Below are positions 44,708-56,820 of a stretch of DNA of 64,000 bases, one piece after another; position 1 is the first letter of the stretch; each line of letters opens with the position of its first letter. The position numbers and the translations under genes are program-made. This DNA is from Rhodosorus marinus CCMP1338 (taxonomy: Eukaryota > Plantae > Rhodophyta): the NCBI GenBank assembly GCA_029953675.1, contig JAMWBK010000011.1, positions 744,001 through 808,000 of the forward strand, read 5' to 3'. A model generated the notes under the pieces. The model searched no databases. It saw only the letters and a list, made by a program, of their open reading frames with translations, and was not told the DNA's origin.

Positions 44708-46174
44708 ATGGTGGAAAGTGGGAGTCCGTTTTCTAGTCTATGCGAGTACTTGGAGGACAACCCCGTTGCGACGAGTTGGACTCTGTTTGGGATGAACAAA
44801 CTCGCGATGCCGGATGCTGGAGAATGGCAAACGCTTCTGATTGACAACCGCACTTTCATTCCTGAGGCCACCCGTCAGGTTCTTGAACGCTCGGAAATCT
44901 GCAACTTGATGTACACTCTAAAGGAGCCTTGGCTATTGATGACCCAATTTGGCAATCGGGACTACTCGCTGGGATCTGGATGGGCGTTTATTGGAGGGTT
45001 ACCTGAGAAGGACGGTGTTGTAAATAAAGACTTCAAACGGCTCGAGAGAATCCACTGGCTAAGCTTCAGGGAAGGTTCGAAGATGACCACGCTTCTATTG
45101 AACGAAGTCGAACCAGGAATTCTAGCATTTGCCAAATCTCAGGAGCTGAACGAGAGGCAGAACCGGACAATATGGGGTATAGTGGACCAGAACACGCAGA
45201 GGATCTTGTCGTCGAACGTGTCCGATGATCATAAGACGTGTGATGCATGCCACTTGCTGGGCATCGCCTGTGAACCTCTAACCTGCCCTAACCAAGGTAT
45301 GTTTCTAGCTCAGTGGAATCGGAGAATGGAGATGCATGCCAATTGGGATTTTGAATTGCTAGCTATGGAGTACGGAGAGGGTTGGTTGAACGGGACGTGG
45401 AAGGTTCCAGTGGGGAATCTCGAGCCGGTGACAGTATTCAACTCTTGCCACAGACGTGGGTCGGTTTTTGATTCGGCGCTGCTTTGCGTTCTTCAAGAGG
45501 AAGCGCTCACTGTTCACCCGCCAAGGTCCACATTCCGAGTGGCTAAGTACGAACAGAAAGTTGTTGACAATTTTCTGGGTCTAGAGGGACACAACTTTTG
45601 GAACCGAGAGACCGCGGTACATGGTGGTGAACTCGTCCTGGGCGACAGCAGCTTGGATGACTCTACGCCATCTTCGGCTCAGGACGGCACGGAATCCTGC
45701 CAGTCGTGGATTAGAAGCGAGGGCTTGGCAAACAATGGTGGCGCCGTGGCGAAGGGGAACCACAGAGTTGGAAGCGAGGATGCTGATTCGAAGGCGTCGA
45801 GAAAGTTTCAGTGCGACGTGTGTGGAATGATGTTTAAGAGGAGTTATGAAACTAAGAGGCACCGAGCGACTGTTCACCAGAAACGCCGGGACTACACGTG
45901 CGCTGAATGTGGGAAGAATTTCACTCAGAACGGACATCTGAACGAGCATGTAAAGGTTTATCACATCGGGAAGAACGTGCCCACATGTAAGCTTTGCGGG
46001 AAAAAGTTTGGGAACAAGTCGAAGCTGAACCGACATGTGGCCACGGTTCATGAGAATAGCCGTACCTTCCAGTGCAACGTTTGCAGAGGGATGTACAAGG
46101 AGAAATCCTATCTCAAGCAGCACGTAATAAGCCAACATGGAGTTGAAAGCTGGAAAGAGGCGGTTGGGAGCTAG
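44708..46174 (+). CDS. N-domain + Cys4 + 4xC2H2 zinc-finger protein (member 9)
   Basis: ATG at 44708 (MVESGSPFSSL). All motifs and four fingers present. Confidence 0.95.
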   Translation: MVESGSPFSSLCEYLEDNPVATSWTLFGMNKLAMPDAGEWQTLLIDNRTFIPEATRQVLERSEICNLMYTLKEPWLLMTQFGNRDYSLGSGWAFIGGLPEKDGVVNKDFKRLERIHWLSFREGSKMTTLLLNEVEPGILAFAKSQELNERQNRTIWGIVDQNTQRILSSNVSDDHKTCDACHLLGIACEPLTCPNQGMFLAQWNRRMEMHANWDFELLAMEYGEGWLNGTWKVPVGNLEPVTVFNSCHRRGSVFDSALLCVLQEEALTVHPPRSTFRVAKYEQKVVDNFLGLEGHNFWNRETAVHGGELVLGDSSLDDSTPSSAQDGTESCQSWIRSEGLANNGGAVAKGNHRVGSEDADSKASRKFQCDVCGMMFKRSYETKRHRATVHQKRRDYTCAECGKNFTQNGHLNEHVKVYHIGKNVPTCKLCGKKFGNKSKLNRHVATVHENSRTFQCNVCRGMYKEKSYLKQHVISQHGVESWKEAVGS

Positions 46175-46819
46175 GAGACCCGAGAAGACCCTTCAACTGT
46201 ACTGCGTGATGACTTTAGGTTGTACACACGACAATCACGAAATTGAACGGAAAAGACTGTATCCTAGGGGCGAAGCGCTGCTGATCGGGGCTTTCGGGGC
46301 TCTCCCTTGATGAAGAACTCGCCTACTCGAAACCCTGCGACCATGAACAGCGTCATATTTATTGGGCCTTTAACCTCTCCTGGAGTTTTGATTCCTAGAT
46401 ACGGAATCGGCGCTTTTTCTTATTTATTGGCGAAAGAAGGAAACGTTGCATAATCCCACGCCAGCGACAACTTTGAAATCTCACAATGTCTACCATACCT
46501 ACGTTTATAAAACTATAGACTCGATTCGCATTACTCCTTCGCTCCTTGGGTCTGCTTGGGTCCATGAACCGCGAGATGTCCTTTTCGTCACGAAACAGAT
46601 CATGTACGCGGCATAATCACCTTTTCCGACCTCGATATTCTCGACACGAGTAGAGGATCCGCTGCAATCAGCCGTGCAAATCTGAAAAAGAAATTGAAAA
46701 GCGTGCGGAGCTAGTCAACGAGAAGATCTGCCCCACTTCCCAAAAAGCGAACCCATTGCCCTTGGCACAGCACTCTTGTGTGTGTGAAGTGGGAACAAGA
46801 CGGCTCTAAGCAGTGACGA

Positions 46820-47200
46820 TACGAGGTATAGACAGCGGAGCGCTTGTATCCATGCACACTCATGCAAGCACTCTCTACAGTTTAGCAGCTCCTGGCTTAC
46901 CTACTCTACCATGAACGGGAATAGACCACGAAGAGCAGCGATGCTATGTGCTTACATGCGTCAAAAGGGCTCTCGAGCCATTCAGGATGAGAAGGATAGA
47001 CGGCGGAGCGGATGTATCCGCAGTCATAGAAGCACTCTCTAGAGTTCAGCAGCCACCTGGCTCGTCTACGTTACCACAAACGCCAATAGACCACGAAGCG
47101 AAGCGTTGCTATCCGCGATGATTCTCGTAAGTCATGGAGGATGAGAAGGATAGAGGGCGGAGCAGATGTATCGGTGCCGTAGTTACTCCTGATAGAGTTA
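46820..47200. repeat. About 2.5 tandem ~155-bp units upstream of member 10
   Basis: GGATGAGAAGGATAGA.GGCGGAGC.GATGTATC at 46985 and 47139, with a degenerate copy at 46823. AAGCACTCTCTA and AATAGACCACGAAG occur twice. Confidence 0.85.
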
Positions 47201-47528
47201 CATGCAAAGCAAACAACTCGGCGGGCAGTGGGTGAGAGCTAGCACTTCTGCAAGGGAGCTGATCCAGTTTGCTCTGTGTTACAAACTGGACGTTGAATGA
47301 GTGAAGCAATTTTCGACCAGAGGGGGATGGGCACATCTTAGTTGAGGATGGAACGCAGCACGGGCTGCGACGTCGTTGAGATGGAACGGGCGCAGGGTTT
47401 GCATGCTTTTGCGTTTTCGAGACCAAGCTTCCCGTGAGGAGAGGAGTTGACTCCTCTGGAGGAGGAGAAATTGGCGAAAACGCTGTTTGCTTGGGCATCG
47501 TGACCGTAGCGTGAGGGGTTTGGGTGAG

Positions 47529-48863
47529 ATGGCTGCCATTGGAAGGCACTTTTCGAGTTTGTGCCCTGGTCTGGGGACGGGCTCGATTCCGATAGACTGG
47601 GCGCTTTACAAGATACACAAGTTGGTGGTTCCGGAGCCAGGTCAGTGGCGGATGATGCTTATGGACCTCCGGATGAACGTGCCTGATATCACTCGTGCGG
47701 TCCTGGAATCTTCAGAGTTGCTCAGCGTCCTCTCTGCGCTTCAGCAGCCGGTGCTTCTGATGACTCAGTATGGGAATGAGGATTACGCGCTCGGATCTGG
47801 ATGGGCGTTCGTACGGGGACTACCTGAGGTAAACGGATCACCGAACAGGAAGTTTGCAGGCCTCCAGAGAATCCGATTCACCAGCTACGTCAAGGATTCC
47901 AAGTTGACGACGATTCTCGCAATCCATATTTCGTCGGATATTGTTGCGTTTTCGAAGAGCGAAGAGTTGAATGGAAGGGCAAACCGCACCACTTGGGGCC
48001 TCGTCGACAAACGGACCGAGTTAATTCTGCAACTAAATACCGGGGACGACGACTACAGGCAGTGTGACATGTGCGGACTGGCTGGTACACATTGCGACCC
48101 GAGCACCTGCCTCCACGTTCAAAAATTTGAGGACCTCAGGCTGGAAAGGAACCGGATGAGGGAGAAATCGAGTATGGAAACGATAATAATGGATTATATG
48201 ATGAGCTGGTTGAACGGCGTGTGGAAGATTCCTGTGGGGGATTTCGAGCCGGTGACGCTGATCCACAGGCCGCACCGAAATGGGATGGTGTTCGACACCT
48301 GCGTACTATTTGTCCTGCAGGATGAAATAGTTGGTGTCCACCCGCCGAGGTCTTCGTTCCGAGCAATCCAATCTCAGAGGGCAGCTGCCCATGGGGTTTT
48401 TAGCTCGGAGGAAGGTGGCGCAGGGCCGCCGAGAGGAGAAGCTCCTACTTCGGACGATACGAATTCGGTAGAACAGAGCACTTCGCCAGCAGCAGGTTCC
48501 CCTGTGCCCAGAAATGTTTGTCGGGTATGTGGGATGGTCTTTAAGCGGCATTATGAAACGTCTAGGCATGTGGAAACTGTTCACCGGAAACGAAGGAACT
48601 ATTCGTGCCCGCAATGTGGAAGAAATTTCCTTCAGAATGGACACCTGCACGAGCACATCAGGCTCAGGCACAGCGCGGAGAAGCCGTATCAGTGCAAAAT
48701 TTGCAAAAGGGGTTTTGGTGGCAAGGCAAAGGTGGACCGACACATGGCTACAGTACATGAGAATCGGCGAAATTTCAAGTGCAGCAAGTGCAGCGGGTCG
48801 TACAAGGAGAAGTCGTACTTGAAGCGGCATATGATGAATCAGCACGGGATTGAGTTTACGTAA
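47529..48863 (+). CDS. N-domain + Cys4 + 4xC2H2 zinc-finger protein (member 10)
   Basis: ATG at 47529 (MAAIGRHFSSL). All motifs and four fingers; the only member with a near-canonical linker (HSAEKPY). Confidence 0.95.
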   Translation: MAAIGRHFSSLCPGLGTGSIPIDWALYKIHKLVVPEPGQWRMMLMDLRMNVPDITRAVLESSELLSVLSALQQPVLLMTQYGNEDYALGSGWAFVRGLPEVNGSPNRKFAGLQRIRFTSYVKDSKLTTILAIHISSDIVAFSKSEELNGRANRTTWGLVDKRTELILQLNTGDDDYRQCDMCGLAGTHCDPSTCLHVQKFEDLRLERNRMREKSSMETIIMDYMMSWLNGVWKIPVGDFEPVTLIHRPHRNGMVFDTCVLFVLQDEIVGVHPPRSSFRAIQSQRAAAHGVFSSEEGGAGPPRGEAPTSDDTNSVEQSTSPAAGSPVPRNVCRVCGMVFKRHYETSRHVETVHRKRRNYSCPQCGRNFLQNGHLHEHIRLRHSAEKPYQCKICKRGFGGKAKVDRHMATVHENRRNFKCSKCSGSYKEKSYLKRHMMNQHGIEFT

Positions 48864-50423
48864 GCGTGCGATTTTAATGGGCGCGCTGCATAGTCATCAT
48901 TGCCGACAATAGCAGACCGAAAAAAGGAGGATTGTTCTTATTCCGTGCCCCGAAAATGGTTGCTGGAAAGGGTAGCACATGAAGATTTGATTTCGCTATT
49001 CGTTGAGTGTGGACGACGGAAGCTCCGAGGAATGCTGCAATGGGCTTTTCTCGAGGCTACCCTACATAGGACAACCATCGCCTTGCGAAGCCTGTCAAGC
49101 GCTAGATGGATCTTGCCACTTTTGTGGAGTTTGCCTGATATTCTGAGTTTCGCATTCTTCTGGTATTCTGATACGTGTACATCCCCACTGGATTAGCGGG
49201 TTGGCGGGGGGAGGGGGTACATGAATCACAACGCCATTAGAACGCGAAACTGCTGGCGAAATCAGCAGAAATCGGCCAAGCGGAGTTCGTAGCTTGAGCA
49301 GTCCGGGCAGTTTCGCTTGAGGAGCCTTTTTGTGTTAGGAGCAGCTCCTGCCGCTGGAGACTTCGACGTGAGTGACTCTAGCCCTAGGTCCATTTATTCT
49401 TGTCTCAGTATAACCGCTGCCGACATGCACGAAAGGGAGCAACTACGACCAACAATCACAGCTCCAGCTAACGTCATATCAATGAAAGCTGAAGTTTTGG
49501 TGCTAGTTATCCACTATATATTTTGGCTTTTGAAAATCGAACTAAAACACGTCGCAAACCAAAGGAACAAGATCATTGCCCTGGAGCCCTGAAAGAGCTT
49601 TTCGCATTCAATGCTTTGCAATATCCCCCATGATCGCGCATTCTCCGTAATGTTTGTTCCAAGAAATTGCCTTAAGAAGAAGTTCCCTTGGGCAGCGAGA
49701 GAAAAGCTCCTTTGCCAGATCTATAGATAATGGTATTGTTTTCAATTGATAGTGTGCTCGATTCTCGTCTCACCTCTAATAGCATCGAGCTAACAACGGC
49801 AACAATTTGTTTAGAGCCTATCTACCCTGAGGAGCGGAAAGGGGGGCCGTTGATGACGCGCGTCCAACAACAAAGCACCGTTCGAACGCCAGAGAGTCAC
49901 AGACACCTCCGAGACGATGCTGTCAAGACGGCCGTGGCTCGTTGCGAAAAACACGATGACGCCAACGAGAAGTAACAACGTCTAACAGACCAAAAGCAAT
50001 CGATGATCGGCGGTACATTCCGATGAGACAGAGCCCAGTACCGAAAAGTTGGATGAGTCATCGCCGCAGCGTGCTGAGACTCCTTCAGTCGTCGCACTGA
50101 ACCAGAGGCAGCACCACGGCGTTGTTCAGACGTGGGAAGATATCGCACAGCGAAAGACCTGCTTCTACCAACGGCGGATCTATCGCTATACTTATGCATC
50201 GTGATTGATACTGTGGTCGTTTGTGTATTCTCTTGGACTTTCGCAGTCGCTCTCTGCTTACACTCAGATATGAGAATATTGCAAATAAAGTTTTTATTAA
50301 ACATATTATAATAATCCAATTACAATCTTCTCACAACTCATCCTTTTCCAAATATATAAATAAATAGAATAATGTAACGATTTCCGTTTTAAATATTACT
50401 TGAAACATCTTTTCTTGTCCAAT

Positions 50424-51000
50424 CCAATCAATCCCATAATGGAGACAACTTTGGCCAAGCACTGTAGTTGCTGTCTGATTGCTGCTTCTTGCGTTGCGCA
50501 GAGCTACGTCCTTTTTTTCGTAAGACTTCTAGTCGAAACCTCTTATGCGGAGATATATAAGCACAATCAATCCACCTCGTACCATCAAAGCAGCAGTTCG
50601 ACAGATATAGCCCCTCCAAATCAAGCCCATACTTGAGCCGCAACTTTGACAAGGTCTGTAGTTGTGGTCCGATCGCTCTCGCGGTGCACAGAGCTACGTC
50701 CATTTTTGCGTAAGAGTTCTGGTTGAAACCGCTTATGCGGAGATAGGTAAGCACAATCAGCCCACCTCGTGTCATCAAAGAAGCAGTTCGTAGACATGGC
50801 CCCTCCAAATCAATCCCATACTTGAGACAACCTCGACAAGGACTGTAGTTGCAGTCCGATTGCTGTTACTCCCGGCGTTTGCACAGAGCTACGTGCATTT
50901 TGTGTAAAAGGTCTGGTCGAAACGGCTTATGCCGAGACAGATAAGTACAATCAGCCCACCTCGCATCGTCAAAGACGCAGTTCTACAGACATAGCCCCTC
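50424..51000. repeat. Three tandem ~190-bp units upstream of member 11
   Basis: CCAA(A)TCAA.CCCATA starts at about 50424, 50616 and 50805. CAGAGCTACGT, GCTTATGC.GAGA and CCCACCTCG recur in each unit. Confidence 0.95.
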
Positions 51001-51614
51001 GTCGCTGTCAAAGCAGGGCTTTTTCGTTGTCACCAAAAGTATTGCAGGCGTTGCTATAACTCTAGAGCGAATCCCGCAGGAGCTATGGAAGCTGACTTGA
51101 TGGAAACTCCGGAAAAGACGTTGAGGCCGCACTATCAGCACATCCAAACTCCGGCAGATTCTGCGCTGAGGAAGGGGAAGGTGGATGCCTCACGAAAGGG
51201 AAATGAGAAGTATAGCTGTTGAGCAAACGGTAAAGCGAGGCACTTGCTCGTCTTTCGTCGTTCAAAGACAGGTTTGTTGCTTAAGATGGAGCACTTTGTG
51301 AGTGTGTGGAAGGAGTAGATGTGGAGTGACAACGGAGGGAACTTGGGTGAGGTGGTTTGTGCTTTGTTTTTGTTCTTTTTTTTTGGGGGGGGTTTGGTGA
51401 AAGTCTCGCTGGGAAGAGAGTTGTTTGAAAGAAAGGTTGAGATGAGGAATCGAAAAAGAAGCTCCTGCTTTGCTAATTTGGAGGAATTTTTTGTTGCTCC
51501 TCGGGAAGAGTGGGGTTCTGATGTGGTTGTTTATAGTTTGTTCCTAGGGGCTTGGGCTCCTTGAAAAGCGGGTGTTGGAAAGAGCATCGTGAGGGAGGAG
51601 GTCTTTTGAAAACC

Positions 51615-52991
51615 ATGGATTTGGTTGCAACAGAGAGTTTGGGTCGGTCCGTTTGCACGCTATCGTCTGTGTTTGAGTGGAACTCGATTCCTTTGAATTG
51701 GATGATGTTCAAGAGCGATAAACAGGCTGTTCCACACGCTGGAGACTGGACGATTATGTTGATGGATACGATTTTTAAAATTCCAGAGGCAACTGGTAGG
51801 GCACTGCAAAAGTCTGAGGTGGCTAGGATGATATCTGTGTTGAACCAACCGTCGCTGATGATGACGGAGGTTCACGAAAGGAACTATTCGCTAGGGTCTG
51901 GGTGGGCGTTCGTAGGTGGTTTACCGCAGTTGGGCCTAAGACTGAACTCAAAGTTTCAAGGACTGCAACGCGTTCGGTTTGTTACGTTCTTCGAGAACTA
52001 CAAAGCTGTTGTGGTCTTGTCCAGCGAAGTACGACCTGGGGTGATTGCCTTTATTAGACTCGCCGAGGTGAATGGGAGATACAACTACAGTATATGGGGA
52101 CTAGCAGAAAAAGATAGCGGAACGATAGTGGCGAGTCAGGACCACCTCGATAGACGAAACTGTGATATGTGCAATCTGATGGACATAGCGTGCGATCCTC
52201 GGAGCTGCAAGAACGAACAGTCGTTTGATGACCTGCGAGCGTCGAGAGAAGCAATTTTGGATCGGATGGAGTACCCCATGTACACGATGGAATACACCAA
52301 GGCGTGGCTTCCTGGCAAGTGGACAGTACCTGTGGGACCGTTGGAGCCAGTGACCTTCAGAACGTCAGGGTACATTTCTGGAGCTAGTTTTGAGTTGGCT
52401 TTGCTATCAGTGCGTCAAGATGAGTCAATGAGGGTACATCCTCCGCGAGGTACCTTCAGATTCGTCAAGCTTGGGATGAACGAAATGGACTACTTCCTGA
52501 ACCTGGAGGGGACGTCCACGGCGGAGACGGCTCTGTCAAATGGAACTCCTCAGATATCCTATGAAAAGCAAACTGACGAGGTTAGTGTTTTGGACTCTGT
52601 CGAGGAGGAGACTAAAGAGTTACCTCGGACGAAGGGGAGCACGAAAGTGTGTGAATTATGCGGTATGAGCTTCAGAAGAGTCCATGATCTCAAAAGACAT
52701 GGCGTGGCGATTCACGGGAAGAAGAAGGATTACACGTGCAGATATTGCCAGCAGACTTTTACTCAGAACGGACACCTTAATGAGCACATCCGAGTAACGC
52801 ACAGTGGCAGGAATGTTTTTAAGTGCGATATCTGCCAAAGCGTATTTGGAGCCAGGTCCAAATTGCAGCGTCACATCACAACGGTTCACGAGAATCGTCG
52901 AAATTTCGAGTGCGGAATTTGTCGTGGGAAGTACAAAGAAAAATCGTACTTGAAACAGCACATGCAGGCTGTTCACGGCGAGGAAATGTGA
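51615..52991 (+). CDS. N-domain + Cys4 + 4xC2H2 zinc-finger protein (member 11)
   Basis: ATG at 51615 in AACCATGG context (MDLVATESLG), 458 aa. Recent duplicate of 59418. Confidence 0.95.
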   Translation: MDLVATESLGRSVCTLSSVFEWNSIPLNWMMFKSDKQAVPHAGDWTIMLMDTIFKIPEATGRALQKSEVARMISVLNQPSLMMTEVHERNYSLGSGWAFVGGLPQLGLRLNSKFQGLQRVRFVTFFENYKAVVVLSSEVRPGVIAFIRLAEVNGRYNYSIWGLAEKDSGTIVASQDHLDRRNCDMCNLMDIACDPRSCKNEQSFDDLRASREAILDRMEYPMYTMEYTKAWLPGKWTVPVGPLEPVTFRTSGYISGASFELALLSVRQDESMRVHPPRGTFRFVKLGMNEMDYFLNLEGTSTAETALSNGTPQISYEKQTDEVSVLDSVEEETKELPRTKGSTKVCELCGMSFRRVHDLKRHGVAIHGKKKDYTCRYCQQTFTQNGHLNEHIRVTHSGRNVFKCDICQSVFGARSKLQRHITTVHENRRNFECGICRGKYKEKSYLKQHMQAVHGEEM

Positions 52992-55029
52992 GGAATTCCC
53001 GCTGTAACATCCTGTTGTACATTATCGCGCAGGTTCTTCCTCTAGGATCTTTTTTTTTATTTCTTTATCTTTCCTGTTAAAAATTTTTCTGACTTTGTCG
53101 CGAACCCACGAATCGTGAGCGCGCAACAACTTGAACTAGTCCTGATGTGCGGATTGTCACAAGCTCCTGATTGCAAATAAACGCTGATGAGACCGGGCGG
53201 TGAATCGTTCCCCATTGAGAACGCACACGAGCTGTGCAGCGGTGATCCGTGGGCACTTGGGCTGGCCTGGGGAACAGGTACCTGGAACAGAGATCAGTGG
53301 ACGTGCATAATCTGTGGGAGGGATGCCTACAGGCAGGGAATTGGCCCGACTAAGCATAGCATGACCACCCACTGTTCATGAGGGACCACGCTGCATCATT
53401 GATGGATACTCGCCATCAGCTTCTTCCTTCGCTCTTTTACGGGTAGCTAGGCTCTGAATGGCGGATAACGGCGAGAAGGCATAGAACATTCTTGCAAAGG
53501 CGGGGTGATAGCCTTTGTGCGGACTAGGATCCCACAGATCACAGCCCATGAGCACTCTTCTGGAATTCAGGTGATATCTGTGCGCCCTGAAAATTGAAGA
53601 CTCTATCAGCTATCATGGAGTCGGAAGCGGAAGGGCCCAATCACACGTAGGCAGAGATCAGTTGTTTTCGACACCATTATTTTCTAGTGCACGCACGGCG
53701 TTGTTAATATGAATGTTCAGTTAATCACAAGTATTCGTGATGGAAGAAATAAGCTAGTTCCCGGACGTCCGCAGAAGACTAGAAAACTCTTTCTCTGCGT
53801 TTGCGTTATGCGGTCGCACACACCGGCTCTTCCTACCGATCCAATTGTCCCTGTGCGTACTAGTAAAAGGTATAAGAAGAAGCCGTTCGTTGTAACAAAA
53901 ACTCGGGGAAAGACATTGACGAGCGCATACAGGAGTAACATCCCGAAGGTCCCATAGTGAGTTCTCCACTCCAAGGTTTTTGAGCACCCAACCTGCTCCG
54001 GATGTAGCGAAGTCGGCCAGTTTCCAGGTGCAGGACAGTATGGCGAAAACATGCAAGTAACTGACCCCTGTCGCAGTTACTTGGCAATGGTAGTCGAGGA
54101 TCAATGGAGAGTTGGAGGGACGTTCAAAACGCCGCACTGCGAAAATATGAACTCTGGAGTAGTGGCGTGGTTTCAGACTAGTACATACTGTGCTTCTCCT
54201 CGTTACGGAGATTGGATTAAACACCGTGGGAGACACCATTAGTAAAAACGACCATCACCACCACTAGATCGAAGAGTTCGATCATCACGTTGATGTACAG
54301 GATTCTCCGAGGCGCAGTGATCTGAACAGTGAGCGCCCCAAACACTGAAACAAGGATCTCTACGAACAAATGTGGGAACAAGGATAGTTTCTGCTGATCA
54401 AAGCATAGTGCAAATAACCTCCATGCGCTCCACAGTACCTCCGCAACCCTCAACTCCGTCCGGCCTTCATGCTCCGGGTCACCACTCTACATTCCAGCAT
54501 TTCGGGTTCCCAGCGGATACACATGAAGTCCCCGGAAATGCAGAACGGAGTCCCAGGCACTCCATTCTGATAATACCCGCTCCCATATCTCAAATATTCC
54601 CGGTTTACCTCAGGATCCTTGCCTACTCCATACACACAACCACTCACTCACCAACCCACACCAGCTCATAGACAGCGCTTCACCCTTCGGGTCGGACCCC
54701 GTCCTTTATCGAACAAAACCAACAACAAACAAGAGACAGAAAACGAATGGTGAGGTCAGTTGCTCAGAGGACCTTCCCTTTAAAATTTACATATCTGCTC
54801 CTCTCGAGTCCCGCCTACCGCAGCTACGGATGGTCTGCTTTGATAACAGCGGCATCATCTCAGAGGCTCTACCGGGGTTTCCAACTGTAGGCCCTACTCG
54901 CTAAAGTGTCCTGAAAAAAAAAGCCAAAGAGAGATTTCCGTGCTTGCTGACAGTCAATAACTAACCCGAAAAATAGTTTAATTACAGGGTCATGGACTTT
55001 TTCTCGTCAAGAGTGTCTTTTTTTGTGTT

Positions 55030-55445
55030 GTCCCACAACTGGATACTGACCGAATCGATCAGGTTCCTAGGGGAAATGGAGAATCACAGGCAAATCAGTA
55101 TTCAACCCCTACCAACTGCCTCACTGACGAATGCGGCAGTTGGTAGTCGAGCGCACGCGTAAACCTCTGTGCAAGGTATCGCTCTCACCGGTTCCAGCCA
55201 TTCATTGTGGAAAGCTTTGGTCACGTGGATAAGTCGGGTTTAGTGTGGTTGCGGAAATGTTTTGCTGAACATCCTACTGAATATTTGGCGCTCTTGAGGC
55301 GTTTAAGTGTCTCCCTTTGGCGATATTCCAGCCACATGCTTTCCGAGGCGCGTCATCGGCGCCTGGGGTTGCATGCTTCCCTCCCTAGTTATTAGTTCAT
55401 CTTCACGCCTTGCGTAGCGCTTCAGGCTATGCTAGTAAAGTCCAG
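55030..55445 (+). mobile_element. 5'-truncated, decayed 3' end of a non-LTR retrotransposon with a restriction-like endonuclease (R2-group, CRE-like)
   Basis: Manual translation across two frameshifts and a stop gives PQLDTDRID...ISIQP...AA...LCARYRSHRFQPFIVESFG...WLRKC...LLRRLSVSLWRYSSHML. This follows the RLE C-terminal pattern RxD...D[VI][ST][VI]...FxPxxxExxG...RLSxxL, then a short 3' UTR with a stem-loop. Confidence 0.7.
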
Positions 55446-55494
55446 TCCAGGTATCTGAAGATTGCGGGTTAGAGTCCCGTCGCGGTTGTCTTGT

Positions 55495-55703
55495 TGTTTA
55501 GAGTGGTTGCGGAAATGTTTCGCTGAGCATCCTACTGAGTACTTGGCGCTTTTACAGCGTTTGAGTGCCGCCCTATGGCGGTATTCTAGCAGCATGCTTG
55601 CCGAGGCGCGCCATCGGCGCCTGGGTTTGCACGCTTCCCTCCCTAGTTCTTAGTTCCTTTTCACGCTTTGCGTAGCGCTTCAGGCTATGCTAGTAAAGCC
55701 CAG
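55495..55703 (+). mobile_element. Second, more truncated copy of the same RLE retrotransposon 3' end
   Basis: About 200 bp homologous to 55245-55445 (offset 258). Encodes WLRKCFAEHPTEYLALLQRLSAALWRYSSSML...LPSS and carries the same 3' UTR. Confidence 0.7.
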
Positions 55704-56820
55704 GATATCCACTCGTCCTTGACAAACGCTTCGCGAACCGACCAGTTATCCCTCCGAACAATTGGAAACTCCTCCTGTGAACTTCTTACATCTCTTTCAT
55801 CGATATACCTTGCTCTCCGCTCTCTCTTCTTGCACGTAAACCACGGACTTGGAACAATTTTCAAACCTCGTCGACGGAAACTCCCATCGATTCCGACGGC
55901 AGCAGCCAATACGAAACTTCATAAACACAACGAAAGCTCTCCTGAAACACTTGAATCGTTCATTGACTTTCCAGAAAGTCTGTAATGATTGCATGGATGT
56001 TGGAATTCTGGCTCAGGCATTGAGTAGTGATCATATTGGGCTACCAGAGTCCTCAGAGATCATTTATGAGTTTGACAGACCTCTAACTATCAATTTAATG
56101 ACTTTTCTACATGCATGATGAATGTTTGCAATCGTCGGTTAGCCACAAGTGGACTCAGTCTAATATCCGAAGTCCGAGTAGTGCTAGCAAGGAAGAGAGG
56201 GAGAGGAAACGAAGAAAGAGATTTGCCGTGTAGGCAAAAGCTAAATTTATCGTGTTTTGATGGATGAGTTCTTAAGTGGGTTGTATCGATTGCCTATTGG
56301 TGTGAGCTTCACCATCAAATCGCATAGAACGGTTATCAGGAAGGAGGTTCACGAAAGCGGAATTGTTCGTGTCGAACCCTCCTTCTCCGTCGATTTTTTG
56401 AAACGAGAAGCCTAATCAGGTATTGCCTAAAGGATTCTGCTAAGCGGTTAGACGCTTTGGTTGTATTTCTTACAATCTCGATCGAAATAGACGTTGGATC
56501 AAATCATCGCGTTTCAAGACAATGGAGAACAGTTTATTGTCAAAAGTTTTACCTTTCTTATCAAAGAATTTGTGCGCCTGGTTTTCGTCCAAAAAAAGCG
56601 TTTTCTCGCTCCAATCGAATTCGTGGATCTCCCGGTCCATACCAAGAAACTACAACAAAAATTGATATACGACTAAGACCTATCGAATCCGTGCATAGCT
56701 CTCACCCCCAAAGAAACTATTAACTTGCATTGTTCCTAAAACTCATGTACGAGCAAAGCGCGCTGAAGGACAATAAGCCTTGTTTCTGATTACAAGTCTG
56801 TAGAATGTCTCCTTGATGAA

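Noticed and set aside
54054-54083. 10-bp stem CAAGTAACTG/CAGTTACTTG as a terminator
   Set aside because: No U-tract follows and the context is eukaryotic. A few stems of this length are expected in 64 kb.
53150-54700. Protein-like broken frames on both strands (and 55700-56100, 56494-56676)
   Set aside because: They may be decayed coding DNA, but I could not assign any family. A frameshift-aware search would be needed.
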